Shown: positions 12,471-24,399 of the stretch, one piece after another
How the letters are laid out: every line of letters starts with the position of its first letter
Numbering within the stretch: the first letter of the stretch is position 1
Assembly (NCBI RefSeq): GCF_036321535.1
Contig: NC_087454.1
Span: 21,762,001 to 21,826,000 of the forward strand
Length of the DNA: 64,000 bases
Source of the DNA: Camelus dromedarius
Taxonomy: Eukaryota
Direction: 5' to 3'
Notes under the pieces: model-generated
Told to the model about the DNA's origin: nothing
Databases searched by the model: none
The model's input: only the letters and a program-made list of their open reading frames with translations
Translations under genes and position numbers: made by a program

Positions 12471-13244
12471 TCTGCTGCTGTCCTTCATGTTAGACTGAGT
12501 GATGGGGCATCCACTTAGACTCATGTGGGTTCTGAGGTTGTACTGGGGCCCCATCACTATGCCCACAAAGGGGAGCTATGCATTCAGGGATCTGCAGTGG
12601 TACCAGCCTTCATTTATGGAACCCTGACCACACACTTAGCATTTGACTTTGGGACTTGTCAGTCCTCACAAGCCCAGGAATAGGTCCTGTGGCAGGGTGA
12701 GCCTGCCCCGGGAATCAAGTCTGGTCCTGGAGATGAGGAAGTCTGTGCCCCTCCCAGAACACTGCCAGGAGGCGGGGACAAGAGGAGGGCTCACAAGAAG
12801 AGGAAAGAGGATGCGTGTCTTGAAGAAACTGTAGCTGCTTCACAAGACAGAGATTCAGCCAGGAAAAGCCGGCTGGCAGCCGCTTGGGAGGCACGCGGGA
12901 AGCCAAAGGAAGAAGAAGCTGCCAGCGCATCTGCACCCTCAGGAGCTAAAGGTGCTTGTGGCAAAGCTAGGGTGAGGAGGCAGCTCCTAGGGACCCTGGG
13001 GTGATGCTGGCCCATGAGCCCCACCACTGGCCATCCCTCCCCTGCTAGACTTGGCCTCCAGGCATCTCAGCCTCTCCTGACTTATAAGGTCCAGAGTTAG
13101 GACCCAGGGACAATCAGATGTGGTGGGTTTGTGGGTGTTGCTGTACTGGTATAAGTTTCTGAGGGCTGGCTTTCCAGGGTTGGGTAGCTGGGATTAGAGC
13201 CACAAGGCATGAGGGCATCTTGTCACTTTTGGTAGCTAGGTGTT

Positions 13245-13430
13245 CGTGCGTGCTTATACATGTGTGTACATGTGTGCATGTCTTCACGCATGGATCCGCG
13301 TACATTCATTTGCATATGCGCGTGGTGTGTGTATGGACACGTGTGTTCGTGCATGTGTTCAGTGGCACAAGGTATGTGGGGGCACATGCCTTGTACAGGC
13401 GTGTGTATGCACGCATGCGCGTGTGTGTTG
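13245..13430. repeat. Degenerate alternating purine-pyrimidine (TG/CA/CG) tract
   Basis: gtgcgtgcttatacatgtgtgtacatgtgtgcatg...gtgtgtatgcacgcatgcgcgtgtgtg. Confidence 0.75.
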
Positions 13431-13645
13431 GAAAGCTCTGCAGAGAGAGGGCATGAGTAACAGGGAAGGGATGTTGAGGATCCCCCCTGTTCCCATCATC
13501 CCACCTGAAGCTGGCTGGGGAGGGTGTGCGGGGAACCAGAGGCCTGAGGCACCTTCTTCTCCCAAAGGTGCCACCACCAGCAGGGGAGGAAGGGAGGGAG
13601 GAAGCATCACCTTATTTAAATGCAAATGACTGAAACACAACTTTC

Positions 13646-13651
13646 TTTATT
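13646..13651 (-). terminator. Candidate polyadenylation signal AATAAA with downstream GU-rich element
   Basis: Minus strand reads AATAAAGAAAGTTGTGTTTCAGTCATTTG; no transcript evidence. Confidence 0.3.
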
Positions 13652-14882
13652 AAAATGCAAATTGCACTTCAGTCTCTGACACCTCCCGAGTGCCAAAGCC
13701 ACAGAACACAGTCAGGAATCAAAGCTACAGGACCCCAGTCACCCAGGATGGTGAGAGGCCCCACTGGCTGGTGTACAAAGAAAGGGGGACAGAGGTTGAG
13801 CCCCAGGTGGGCTTGGGGTGCTGAGCCGGATACTGGTCCTGCCTCTGGGCTCCTGGGAGGGGGAAGCAGTCACTGATGCCAGAACTGGGGGCTGGAGGTC
13901 TGGACTGTCACCCCTACAGGCAACCAGGCTGGAGCTTGCCACGGGTGGCTGCCTGCTGGCTCTGCCTGGCTGGGGTAACATGCCGGGTGCTTTCCTAATG
14001 AGCCTGGGCTCCCTGGTGAGCCTGGAGCCCTCAGTTGGAAGGTGGTAAGAACTGTTTGTCTGCGTGCCAACATGATTAAACGGATTGCCTCTTGCATGGT
14101 CAGAACCCAGCTGCTGGGGCCAGAGCACTGGAGTGTACCAAAAGCGGCCCCCAGGTCAGAGATCAGGCCTGGGGGCAGGCCTGCCTCCCTCAGCATCTCC
14201 TCTCGCCAGGGGCTCAGGAATGGGCTGCCAGGCTGCCAGGTTGCCAGGTACAGCTGGGCAGATAATGAGGGGGCAGCAGTTAGGCCCATGCCTTGCTCTG
14301 CAAGCTGGGTGACTTGGCCTGGGGCCCAGTCCTCTGGGAAGAAGTGTATCTTTTTCTTCACACACAGACACTAGATTTACACCTTTTCCCAATTCATCCA
14401 CCCGCAGAGGGCGCCTTTTCCTAATTTGCACACACACTGTAGAGGCCAGGGGCCCCTCAGACCCCTGACTCTTCTTTCTTCTGCTCTACACCTTCCCTTC
14501 AGATCCTACCTCTCCTCCCTGCTCCTTGGTCCCTCACCACCATCTCAACACTTTGTTTCCTGTGCCCCTTCCTTGCGCCTCGTCTTCCAGCTGTTATCTC
14601 ACCCTCTCTGTACCCCCTCTCTGTAGGTCCCTCTGGTTTGTTCTCCCAGAATGAGACTGACACCCAGTCCTTACCCTCTAGGGTCCAAGGTAGGTGCGGA
14701 CAGCCCAGGAAATGTGGGCCAGGTCCTCGCTGCTTCAGGTCCCTGTGCCAGCACAAGCGGAGAGCCTGGGGCGTGGGGGAGGGTCCCTGCTCCTTCCATC
14801 TGCCAAGCTCCTAATATAGGCAGCAGCAGCCCCAGCGCAGGAGCGGGGGAAGCAAGGGAAGCAGAAGGCAACTTGGAGCTGG

Positions 14883-14933
14883 AGGGTGACAGGGCTGCGT
14901 TTCCTCCGTATAAATAGTCCCGTCTGTCACCCT
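14883..14933 (+). promoter_or_regulatory. TATAAATAG box flanked by inverted TGACAG (MEIS/TGIF-type) motifs
   Basis: agggtgacag 14883-14892, TATAAATAG 14909-14917, ctgtcaccct 14924-14933. Confidence 0.35.
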
Positions 14934-17059
14934 GGGGGCGGGTGGCTTCCTGGGGCACTTCTGATGTCATTGGCTTCCGAGGAGAGCTTTGATGGCGTGG
15001 GGTGGTGGGGCTACCACAGGAGCTGAGATGCGGGGGCAGCAGTGCCGGGGGCCTAGCCCAATGTGCCTCAGGGGCCAATGCCTTGGGCAGTTTTGGCCTC
15101 TCTCAAGCATGTTCTGTGTGCATCTCTGTCAAAGATGCACAACCCGGGAGTCAGGCCACAGCTTGAGCCCCCCTGAAGTACCTACCAAGGGATACTTCCT
15201 TGACATTACCCCCAAATCCATCAGCTGATTTCACTGAGCTGGGTGCCTTCCTCGCCCTGGAGGCCACCCTGGAGGACCATGAGGCGATGGGAACCTCCTT
15301 TAGATCCCACCTCTTCGTGAGACGGGTCCAAGAACAAGCGATGACCAAGATTTCAGTGAGAGACACAGAAGGCCCCTGGTTCTTGCCACACTGGCCTCAC
15401 CCTCCTCAGGGTGGCCCTGCCTGGGGCCCCGGGACCTGGCTGCGTCCCCTCCAGGAGGAGAGAGTACAAAGCTTTCCCCCCACACCCACCCCAGCACACC
15501 AGCACCCTACCCCAAGTTCTGCGTTTCTGTCTGGTGTTTCTGAGCACCCCTGTGGGTTTCTTCAAACCCTGCTACGCTGCCAAGAAGGCAGAAGAGACAG
15601 CTGCCCCTGAGCCTGGGGCTGTGCCTCCCTCCTCAGATTGGAGTTTCCCTCCTATGAAGGAGGTCCTGACAGCCAGCTGGTGATGCCTGTGGGATTCTGT
15701 CTGAAGAGCTTGATCTGGCCTGGAAAGGCCCTGGGGATTGATGGGAGCTGCTAGGGGCTCTCCCAGACCCTGGCCTTGGGATGCAGCAGGCGGGGCTGAG
15801 GGTGGGACAGGAGGACATTGCAATGGGAGACAAACTGGGCAGCTGCCGAAGGCCAGCGCCTCCGTCCCACAGCCATGGGGCTGATGGTGCGGAGGGCAAA
15901 GCCCACATCACAGTTAGGGGAGCCCGTCCTCGCCCTGGGGAGGTGAACTCAAATGTCTTCAGAGGAGGAAGTTGGAAGGCTGTGGGACAAGCAGGGACAG
16001 TCTGCTCCCGGTAGACTGCTTTGTGCCTGAGGGCTTCCAACAGTGCCTGACTAGCTCTGTGATGGAGAAAAAAGCACTTCACCTCTCTGAGCCTCATCCC
16101 ACCTGAGGGAATGCATCACTCGACTTGACATAATACCACAGTGCCTGGCACGTGGCAAAGACTGTGCTTGGGACTGAGGCCCTGGGGCCTCCACGTCCAA
16201 TTCTTCAGCAGAAAGAGGCCCTCCCAGGAGTGATGACTGGAGTCAGTTGCTCTCCCTACTTCCACCCACCAGACTCCAAGAGCAGCCCTGGAGAAGCCCA
16301 ACCATGGGGCTACTCTGGCCTCTCCCAAAGGTCCCCAGAGGGTTTGATATCCTATTGCCCAAAGCACTGCCTTCCCTCCCTATCCCCTTCCGCACCCCAC
16401 TCCCAATTAAACTCCGATCACCTTCTAGTTAAACTGGAGCATGACTGGATTAGAATCCTCGTCTCTGGGCCTGCCTCTGGGGGAGCCCAGAGTAGGAGCT
16501 TCGCACAACCGTGAGTGAGCGCTGTCCCCTAGACCAGCGGAAGAGGCTGGAACTGGGGCGGCGGGAGGGGTCCTCCTGCAGCTGCTCCGAGGGCCCCGGG
16601 GCCAGGGCTTCCAAGAGACGCTTTGTTATCAGGCCCTGCACAGCCTCTGCTGCCTTTGGTGCTGTGACAGGAGCTGTCTTCTCTCATGTTCTTGGACCAC
16701 GTGTCAACATCCTCTTATCAGCCTTTATGAAGGAGGCTGCCAGCAGCAACCGTGGGTGGCAGCAAAGTCATGCCCGGCTCTTGAGGAGGTGGGGTCAGAA
16801 AACTGGAAGGTTTTAACGTGCATTAGGGGCTTACTGTGTGATGTCTTGTTTACTCTCCCAACAATCCTGCGGGAAGGGCTGCCATGCTCAGTCGGGAAGG
16901 CTGTTCACTAAACAAGGGTACCTCGCCATGAGGGCAGCCCGTGTTCTTCCCTCCAGGCAGCAAACCTGGCATACACCTGTGTCCCTTGGAGGGAAGAGGG
17001 AGGCTTTTCTTAATTTATGTAAGGGCACAGTATGGGCCATCCACGGCTTATGAAGTCAG

Positions 17060-17215
17060 GCTTATTATAATCTCTATTTTATCATTTGGAAAGTGAGACA
17101 CAGAGAGCTTAGGAAATTTGCCCAAGATTTGCCCAAGATTCAGAGCTGAACTCCGAATCCCAGAATTCTGGCCTCAGAGCCTCCACTCCTTACTCTACTG
17201 TCTCATAAGCCTCGA
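17060..17215 (-). mobile_element. MIR with internal 11-bp tandem duplication
   Basis: ctattttatcatttggaaagtgagacacagagagcttagg, then atttgcccaag twice. Confidence 0.6.
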
Positions 17216-17389
17216 CAGGGCTGAGTCAGTTATAAGAGCTGGAAATCTGCAGAGGGCTGACTGCTAGAGGCCAGTCAGTCCTGAGACTCAGGGATCTCCC
17301 CTCGGCTGACCAGGAGTCTGGGAGCCTGCGCTGAGCTGCCTGCCCCAGGGGGATGTGGCTGTTGCTGGAAGCACAGAGATTGCGATTCT

Positions 17390-17520
17390 GTGGATCTGTG
17401 ATCCTGAAGCAGAGCCTCAGTTTCCCCACCTGTAAAATGGAGTTCACAGGCCCCACTCTGCCTGCTTCACTAGTCAGGATTAAACCATCTGTTTGAAGGA
17501 TTTTAAAGGGAAGGAGGTAT
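17390..17520 (+). mobile_element. MIR fragment
   Basis: gagcctcagtttccccacctgtaaaatgg. Confidence 0.6.
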
Positions 17521-17544
17521 TCTCCAGTGCCTAAAATCACACCT

Positions 17545-18060
17545 ACAATTGCCTCAGTTAAAGCTTAATACGCGTTTGTCGTCTGCTTCGCACCACCATC
17601 ATTTTCCAGGTCTGTCTAAAGATCCCCCAGCTTTTACTGCCCGGGAGAGCCCGTCCTGCACGGGCTGCCTGCCTGCCTGCCTGCCTTTTGCAGACACGGA
17701 ACAGCAGAGCCCAAATGCCAGGGCGCTCCTGGCTAATGACTCAGCCTCCGTAACGAGTCCAAACATCTGGCTGACAAAGGGCACGGCTCATCCGGAAGCA
17801 GCTCCTTCTGCACAAACACGTTCTTAATATTCAATTAGTATTTATCCAGCACGAACAACAATTACGCCATTGACTCTCAATGAAGTGCCCGCTTAATTAA
17901 TTAACACAGTCTTTAACACGGTGACAGTATTTCTCTGTGAGCGCGATAGTTAAAATAATAGCACGGTGATGCCGGGATGAGCCAGGGGCTGGCGGGGGTG
18001 CCCTGGGTTTCCAGGGCTCCAGATGTGAGTATGGAGCTAAGCTTGTGCCACACAAGCCAT
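17545..18060. promoter_or_regulatory. TE-free candidate enhancer
   Basis: ATGACTCAGC (AP-1/ARE) 17736-17745, CCGGAAG (ETS) 17792-17798, TTAATTAATTAA 17893-17904, CpG retention. Confidence 0.4.
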
Positions 18061-18504
18061 CTTCTGTGGTTGAAACAAAAATCCACACTGGGATTCTGAG
18101 TAAGACTCTTAACCCCTCCCGCCTGCTTCCTCCTCAGCAGGGGGTGGGCCAGACGATGCCAAGGTTTCTTGGAATCCTCAGTGTGCAAGTTCAGTAAGTG
18201 ACATTCAGATCTGTGTTGACTCCCTGGTCCCAACTGTTGCACCCTCCTGGGCTCCACACCATCCTCTATCCATAGCCCACGCACCCTACATCTCTCTTCC
18301 CCCACCAGCCTCCCTGTCCGCTCACCAATTATTCCTGCACCTCCTTCTCAGACTCCACGTTTTCCTCCTGCTCCTCCCTGTGGGTGTTCCCCAGAGCTCA
18401 GATCTGACTTCCGGTTCTCTCCCTTCTCCCAGCCACCCACTCAAACGCCCTCAGCTGCCAGCCCCCATGTCCGACTGCCCCTCTCTTTGCTTCCACCTTC
18501 ATCA

Positions 18505-18620
18505 GAGCCTGGGTTCAACCTGGCACTCTGTGTACTAGCTATGTGACCCTGGCCTGGCACCCTTATGCCCCATGCCTCAGTTTCCCCACGTCTAGAATGG
18601 TGATCATCACGTGGGGCATA
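18505..18620 (+). mobile_element. MIR fragment
   Basis: tactagctatgtgaccctgg...gcctcagtttccccacgtctagaatgg. Confidence 0.6.
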
Positions 18621-18639
18621 ATCATTGCCTCACTGCCTT

Positions 18640-18930
18640 AGTCTAGGTGGGCTGAACCTGCCCTAACAGACCCAAACACAATGGCTCCAACTCAATAGCA
18701 GCTTATTTCTCACTCGCCAACAGGTGAGGTGAGTCCCTGTGGTTCAGTGGCTCCAAGGGCCCAGGCTCTTTCCCTCTTGTTTCTCCCCCTGCCCCAGGGG
18801 GCTCTGCCATTGTCTTGATGGTCCCAGCTGGGTCCCACTGGCAGAGGGGAAGGAGTATGGCGGGAACACGGCTGCTCCCCTGAGAGCCCTGGCTGGAAGC
18901 ACACATCACATCCTTCAGTTCACATCAGTG
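18640..18930 (-). mobile_element. MLT1-type LTR fragment
   Basis: ttagtctaggtgggctgaacctgccctaacagacccaaac...cttatttctcactc. Confidence 0.55.
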
Positions 18931-19639
18931 AGATGGGGTTACATGGACACGTGGCTGCAAGGGAGGCCAGGAGATGTGGTCAAGACAGGTGCCCAGAGAG
19001 GAAACAGGGGACAATGATGGACAGGAGCAGTCTCTGCCACATGCCCTCAGAGGGGTGTCAGGAAGATCAAATGAGTTAATAGATGTAAAACCCTTAGCAC
19101 TTGGCACATGGTAAATATCCCTATAAGTGATTGCTATAATTACTATGTGTGTCCACACTAGTTCAGCGAATATGACAACTAATTAGACACATTCCCCATG
19201 TGGGAGGACCCCACAAAGGAGGGTGGTAGAGAGACATAGAACCCACCTACCATCATTCAGAAGGTGCCACACCTGTGGTGCATTGCAGGTGCTGTTGGAC
19301 AGGCTGGAGGAACAGGAGAGGGCATGGGGCTGAGTCTCAAGGAATGGTGGTCATTGATCAGGTGGAGAGGGACTCCAGGTCCTGGCTTCGCAGGGGCATG
19401 GTAAGGATGCCATGCGGTTACCTCCAGACCCCTGGCTAGTCGTGGTCACATCATGAGGACAGAGAGTCAGACTTTCTCCGGGGGGCAATGGGAGCCTCTG
19501 GAGGGGCTAGGCTAGCACAGTGAAGTGACATTATCATGTCAGAATGTTCCTCAGGTGAGGAAGGTGGACCTCAGGTGCAAAAGGGAGGGTGGATCGGAAC
19601 AGAGCAGTGGAATGGCCCTCAGCATCCTACTTAATCCAG

Positions 19640-20080
19640 TCAGGCATGTCGACCAAGTACGACAGGATCTGGCAAGCTCACACTATATTTCCTGACTCCC
19701 TTGCAGCTGAGTTTTGGAATATGAATTAGGTTCTGCCAGACAGCAGCAGTCACCCATGGTCTGGAAAACATGGTGACATATGTCTTGTCTGTCTTCCCTG
19801 GCAAGCAGGGAGAGGAGACACTGAGTAGTTCTGCATCACTGTTGCAGCGTCCAGTCTCCAGCTTTTTGGAGAGACCACTGCATGGAGACAGTGGTGTCCT
19901 CATCCTGGCTTCCTGATCCCAGGTCCCTGCCCCAGGATTCAGGATGTGTTGTTAAACTAACGGTTCTAATGGTGGCCTTGGGATCCCCCCACTTCATGAT
20001 GGAGCAGAGGTAGCAGCTACCTGGCAGGCCAGTTCTGTGGTGTGGTGTGGGCATTATTCTCGCAGGCCCTTCTAAGGACT
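19640..20080 (+). mobile_element. MLT1-type LTR
   Basis: atttcctgactcccttgcagctgag...gaattaggttctgcca. Confidence 0.5.
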
Positions 20081-20104
20081 GGATCAACACCTGGATGGCT
20101 TGAA

Positions 20105-20640
20105 ATATAGAGACCATCTTGGAGGCTTCAGGAGTGATCTAGGCAATAGATGGATAAAGATTTGAACCAGGGCAGTGGCTGCAAGCTGCAGATCTGAGAA
20201 TAGATTTGAAAGACAATTCTGAGGAGTTCACTAGGCTCATCAATCTATTTGGGTGTAGATGGAGGAGGAATTAGAAAATGACCCCAAATCTCCTGGCTTG
20301 TGTGGCTGGTAGAAGAAATAAGCCACTGGTGGAGACAGGAATGAAGGGGAAGAGCAGGAACAAGGAGAGAGGGGATGATTCCAAGTTGGTCCGTTGGTCT
20401 GAGGACTTGGAGGATGTCCATGTGGAGGCATCCATAGGCAGGTGAAGACTGGGGTCTGGTGCACGGGAGGAAGACTGGGAGATGCTAGCCCAGAGGTGGG
20501 AATTCTAGCCATGGGGAAAATGGATTAGAGGATGTGGACTGAGAGAAGAGGGTCCCAGAGTGAACTCTGGGGAACTCTGATATTTAAGAGTGGATGGATG
20601 AAAAGCAATGCAAGGAGACGTCTGAGAAGCAGCAGGGTAC
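20105..20640 (-). mobile_element. L2 fragment
   Basis: tttgaaccagggcagtggc...gaaaatgaccccaaatctcctggcttg...gaactctgatatttaagag. Confidence 0.75.
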
Positions 20641-21479
20641 AGGGGCAGCAGCATCCCTCATAGTGACAGCAGCAGTGTCATGCAGAGCCACCACAGGGTT
20701 AGATGGGGCAAGATAGCATCGTATGTTCCTGGGGATCACGTGCACTGGGACAGACCTTCCCATCCTATTAGAAGGCTGCTAGCAGCCCACAGCGTCCTTC
20801 TGACACACATGGCAGGAATGGAACTTTATCCCGCTTGCCTTAAGAGCTCCCTTAAATATTGAGCTCCTTGGTGGAGTTCCTGAGATCACTGTTGGTACAA
20901 AGTGGGTTGGTACACATTGTGAGGGATTGAGGAGTCGAGGAAGTGTAGATGGTGAGCTCTTTCCAGATGTCTGGAGGGGAAGAAGTGGGAAGAGGTGAGA
21001 ACAGGAAGCACAACTGTAGACCAGGACAAGGGGAGACTGGAGAGGCACCGCGGCTCCTTCCCCTCCATTCCTGCTGCTCAGACTGCGAACTACCACGCCC
21101 AGTTCCCTCTCCAAGGCGTCCTCCAGCAAGTCAAGCCCACCACACCTCACCCTCCTGTACTCAGAATCACTCATGGGCTCCCCATTGCCCAAAGCAAAGT
21201 CCCAGACTCCCTGTGATCCCAGGCAGAGCCCTCCCCGATCTTCCACAGCCTCCCTTCCCAACCATTTGCTCTGCTCTTTCCTCACTGAAAAACCTTCTGC
21301 TACAGCCAACCACTCTGATTTAATTTCCCCCAGATAGGCTATAGTCGCTCATGCCTGGGAAGAAGCCATTTTTGACTCTGTTAAATACTTGTTTGAGTTC
21401 CCCTGATGGTTTCAAAAATGTTGGAAACAACAGGGTTTGACGCTTGAGAAGCCGAGCTATGACAGACACCCACCCAACA

Positions 21480-21915
21480 GACATGGCCCTCGTCTTCCGA
21501 GGGAGGGGCTCAGGGAGGGAAGGCTCCTACTCCAGGGGCCACCCACAATTGTCAAAGCCAATCATGGCAAATCCATTGCTGCCTTTTGCCAGTGATTTGT
21601 TTAAATGTGGGTGTGTGACCCAATTTTGGCCAATAAGTCATAGCAAGAAGTTTTCATAAACTGGGAAAGATTTTACTCCCTGATAAAAAAAAAAAAGAGA
21701 GCCATATGCTAGGAGAAGAGCCTTCCTTTCCTGCTTTTGGATACTGTGGTGTGAGTATGTGATGTGGCAGCCACCTTGTGACCATGAGGGGAAACATGGC
21801 TGACACCCTTGAGAATAGCTTGAGTAGAATAGTGAGCAGAAATGAGGTCCAGGATAATGTATTGAGCCACTGTACCTACTCTGTATCTACCCAACCTCCA
21901 GACATTTTGTTCAGT
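21480..21915 (+). mobile_element. MLT1-type LTR
   Basis: aagccaatcatggcaaatccattg...gtgtgacccaattttggccaataag...ggcagccaccttgtgaccatgagg. Confidence 0.65.
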
Positions 21916-21960
21916 GAGTTTGTGACCTTAAGCAAGCTATTTCAGCCTCCTCGTTTGCAA

Positions 21961-21990
21961 TAATAAAATAATAATAATAATAATAATAAT
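21961..21990. repeat. (AAT)n microsatellite inside a MIR
   Basis: taataaaataataataataataataataat. Confidence 0.9.
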
Positions 21991-23029
21991 ACCACCTATC
22001 TCATAGGATTGTTATAAGGATCAAAGTGAGTCATTATTTTGAAACCTCTTAAAAATATGCCTGCACATATGCCTGGAAATACTTGTGTTAAAAAAGTAGA
22101 AATAATAAAAACTCCTATTGGCTCAGCCCCATTGAACTGGCTTTTCTGACACTCAGATGGTGAGGGGTGAGCTCCTCTGGGAGAAGGCAGGGGCTAAAAA
22201 GCTGGCATGGAGGGGCCCATATCTGGGCTGGGGTGAATGTAATAACTTGGAAGGATCTGGAGCCTCTGGGAAGATGGTGCCATGCTGCCTCTGGCACGCC
22301 GGCTGGGTGGTAGGGAGGTCTGCATGATCTGGTTAACAGGGGACACCCACCCATCTTCAGTACAGCCTCAGCTCAAACTCTGCTGCCGAGGGGACTTGAG
22401 CATGAACTGGCTGTTGAGAAGGGTGTCCTTTCAGGTGCCTGGGGCGGCATGAGACCAGGCTCTGTGCGTCTCATTCATTCTCCTCTAGGAGCCGTCTAAG
22501 AGCCGTTTTGTTAACCAGATATGCCCTTCCCTATTTCTGCTGTGAAGTTCCATACCTTTCTCCTCAGTAAAAACTGCAGTGTTGGTCGTGCCTGGGGGTC
22601 CTGCGAGCATTTCTGTTTTTTGAGGCCAGCTGTCTGGGGGCCAAGTAGAACCCCTGAGCTCCTGGACTTTGATTCTTGTGCTGGATCCTGTGAGCCAAAT
22701 CTCTCCCCGTCCCTAGGCCAACTTCACGAGTGTGTGCTCGGCACAGTCATACAGAGCCCCACACTTGGTTTATTGCTCTGCTGTGGCCCCACTGGGCCCC
22801 GAGAATCATGTGGCCAGCCCTGCTCTTCACCAAGGCTGCCTGGTCAGGGTTTCCTGTTCTTGCCACTGCAGAACCAAACACAGGTACATCCCTCCCCTGG
22901 ATGAGCAGATGCGGCCCTCAGATGTGAACACCTGCACACCGCCCCCTGCTCACCGCCCTGCAGGCTACTAAGCTCCTCCTCCCACTGCCACCTCCTGGGT
23001 TCAGATTCCCATCTTGGCCTGGATGACTG

Positions 23030-23520
23030 ACTGTAATAGCTCCTAACCCTCTCCCTCCTCTGCAGGGCAGCCACCAAGATCTTTCTAAATTACAAATCTG
23101 ATCATGACCCTCACCTGCTTATAACACTTCAGGGGCTCCCTGCAGCTTAAGTTATAAATTCCAAGCTTCTGTGGCCCAAAGCACAAAGCACTTCTTGATC
23201 CAGCCCCTGCCTATGGATATAAAACTCATACCAAGTCATGCCTTCTCTGCCCCCCTATTTCCTACCTACCACCATTTCTTTTAATTCCCAGAAAGAGCCT
23301 GTTTCATGCTCTGTGTTTCTATGCACATTACTTCTGCTGCTAGAAAGCTCTCTCCCCATTCTCGATCCAGTTAACTCTGTCACCTTCAGAACTCAGATGC
23401 CACCTCCTCCAGGAAGCTTCCCCCCATGCCCACAGCCCCAAGGGCCTCTCTCAGAGCATGGCTCTGATTGTCCACTTGTTTATCTCCTGGTCTTCTCAGC
23501 ATCCAGTACAGGGGTGAGCT
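23030..23520 (+). mobile_element. L2 fragment
   Basis: gatctttctaaattacaaatctgatcatgaccctcacctgcttataacacttca. Confidence 0.7.
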
Positions 23521-23566
23521 GACCCTGGGGACAAAGTCACTTCCCCCATCTGGGCCTCAGTCTTCT

Positions 23567-23890
23567 GGCTCATTCGCTCAGCAGCATGTGTTGGGTACTT
23601 CCTCTGCGGCAGGTGCTGAGCAGGCACCTGCCATTCAGCTGGGACCCAGCCAGACACAGACCCTGGCCTCAGGGAGTGAGATGGGCAGAAGGAGGGGCTG
23701 ACAAGCATGTGAACTAGTAAGTACAAGTGATCGTGTCCAATATGGAGAAATGCTACAAACCAGGTCAAGGGGGAGAGGGAGATGCCACTGCTGCCTTGGA
23801 TGGGGTCCTCAGGAGGGCCTCTCTGATAAGGGGACAGTTGAGCAGAGGCCAGAAAGTTTTAAATAGAAAGAACAGGGAGGGCAAATGCAG
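23567..23890 (-). mobile_element. L2 3' fragment
   Basis: ctcattcgctcagcagcatgtgttgggtac...acccagccagacacagaccctggcctcagggag. Confidence 0.55.
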
Positions 23891-24399
23891 GAATGCTTAG
23901 CAGGGCCCAGGGACAGTGAGTGAGGCCACAACGGGGTGAGTGAGGGGGCGAGTGGAAGGAGGTGACGTCAGGGAGGAACAAGGGTCAGACCTTGGGGGCC
24001 CATACAGACTGCAGTAGAAGCCCCGCCCAGCCTTGTCAGGCCCAAAGCCACCTACTCTGGCCTCTCCTACTCCCACAATGAACAGGTCCATCCTTCCATG
24101 CCCTCTGCCCTCTGCCCTTTCATCTTTCCACCACCTCCTTCCTCCTACCCCCAGATCAGAGAAGCCAATAGAGGGGAATTCCCCAGGGACCCCTCACTCC
24201 CTTCCTGCTCTCCATTCACCCCATCCCTGTACTAATGATTTGAGTGTCCCCCTCCACATCTCCTCCACCCTCCTGGGATTTCAGCTGCAGCTGTGCTCAC
24301 AGTTCTCCAAACTGAAGCATCCCACCCGGGGGCCCATCCACCCTCTGTGTTGGGGGTGGGGTGGGTGAGACTCCTGCAGCCTGCAGCCCAGCAGACCGA

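Noticed and set aside
15200-15610. Plus-strand ORF ADFTELGAFLALEATLEDHEAMGTSFRSHLFVRRVQEQ
   Set aside because: TTG start, no recognised homology and no clear splice sites on that strand
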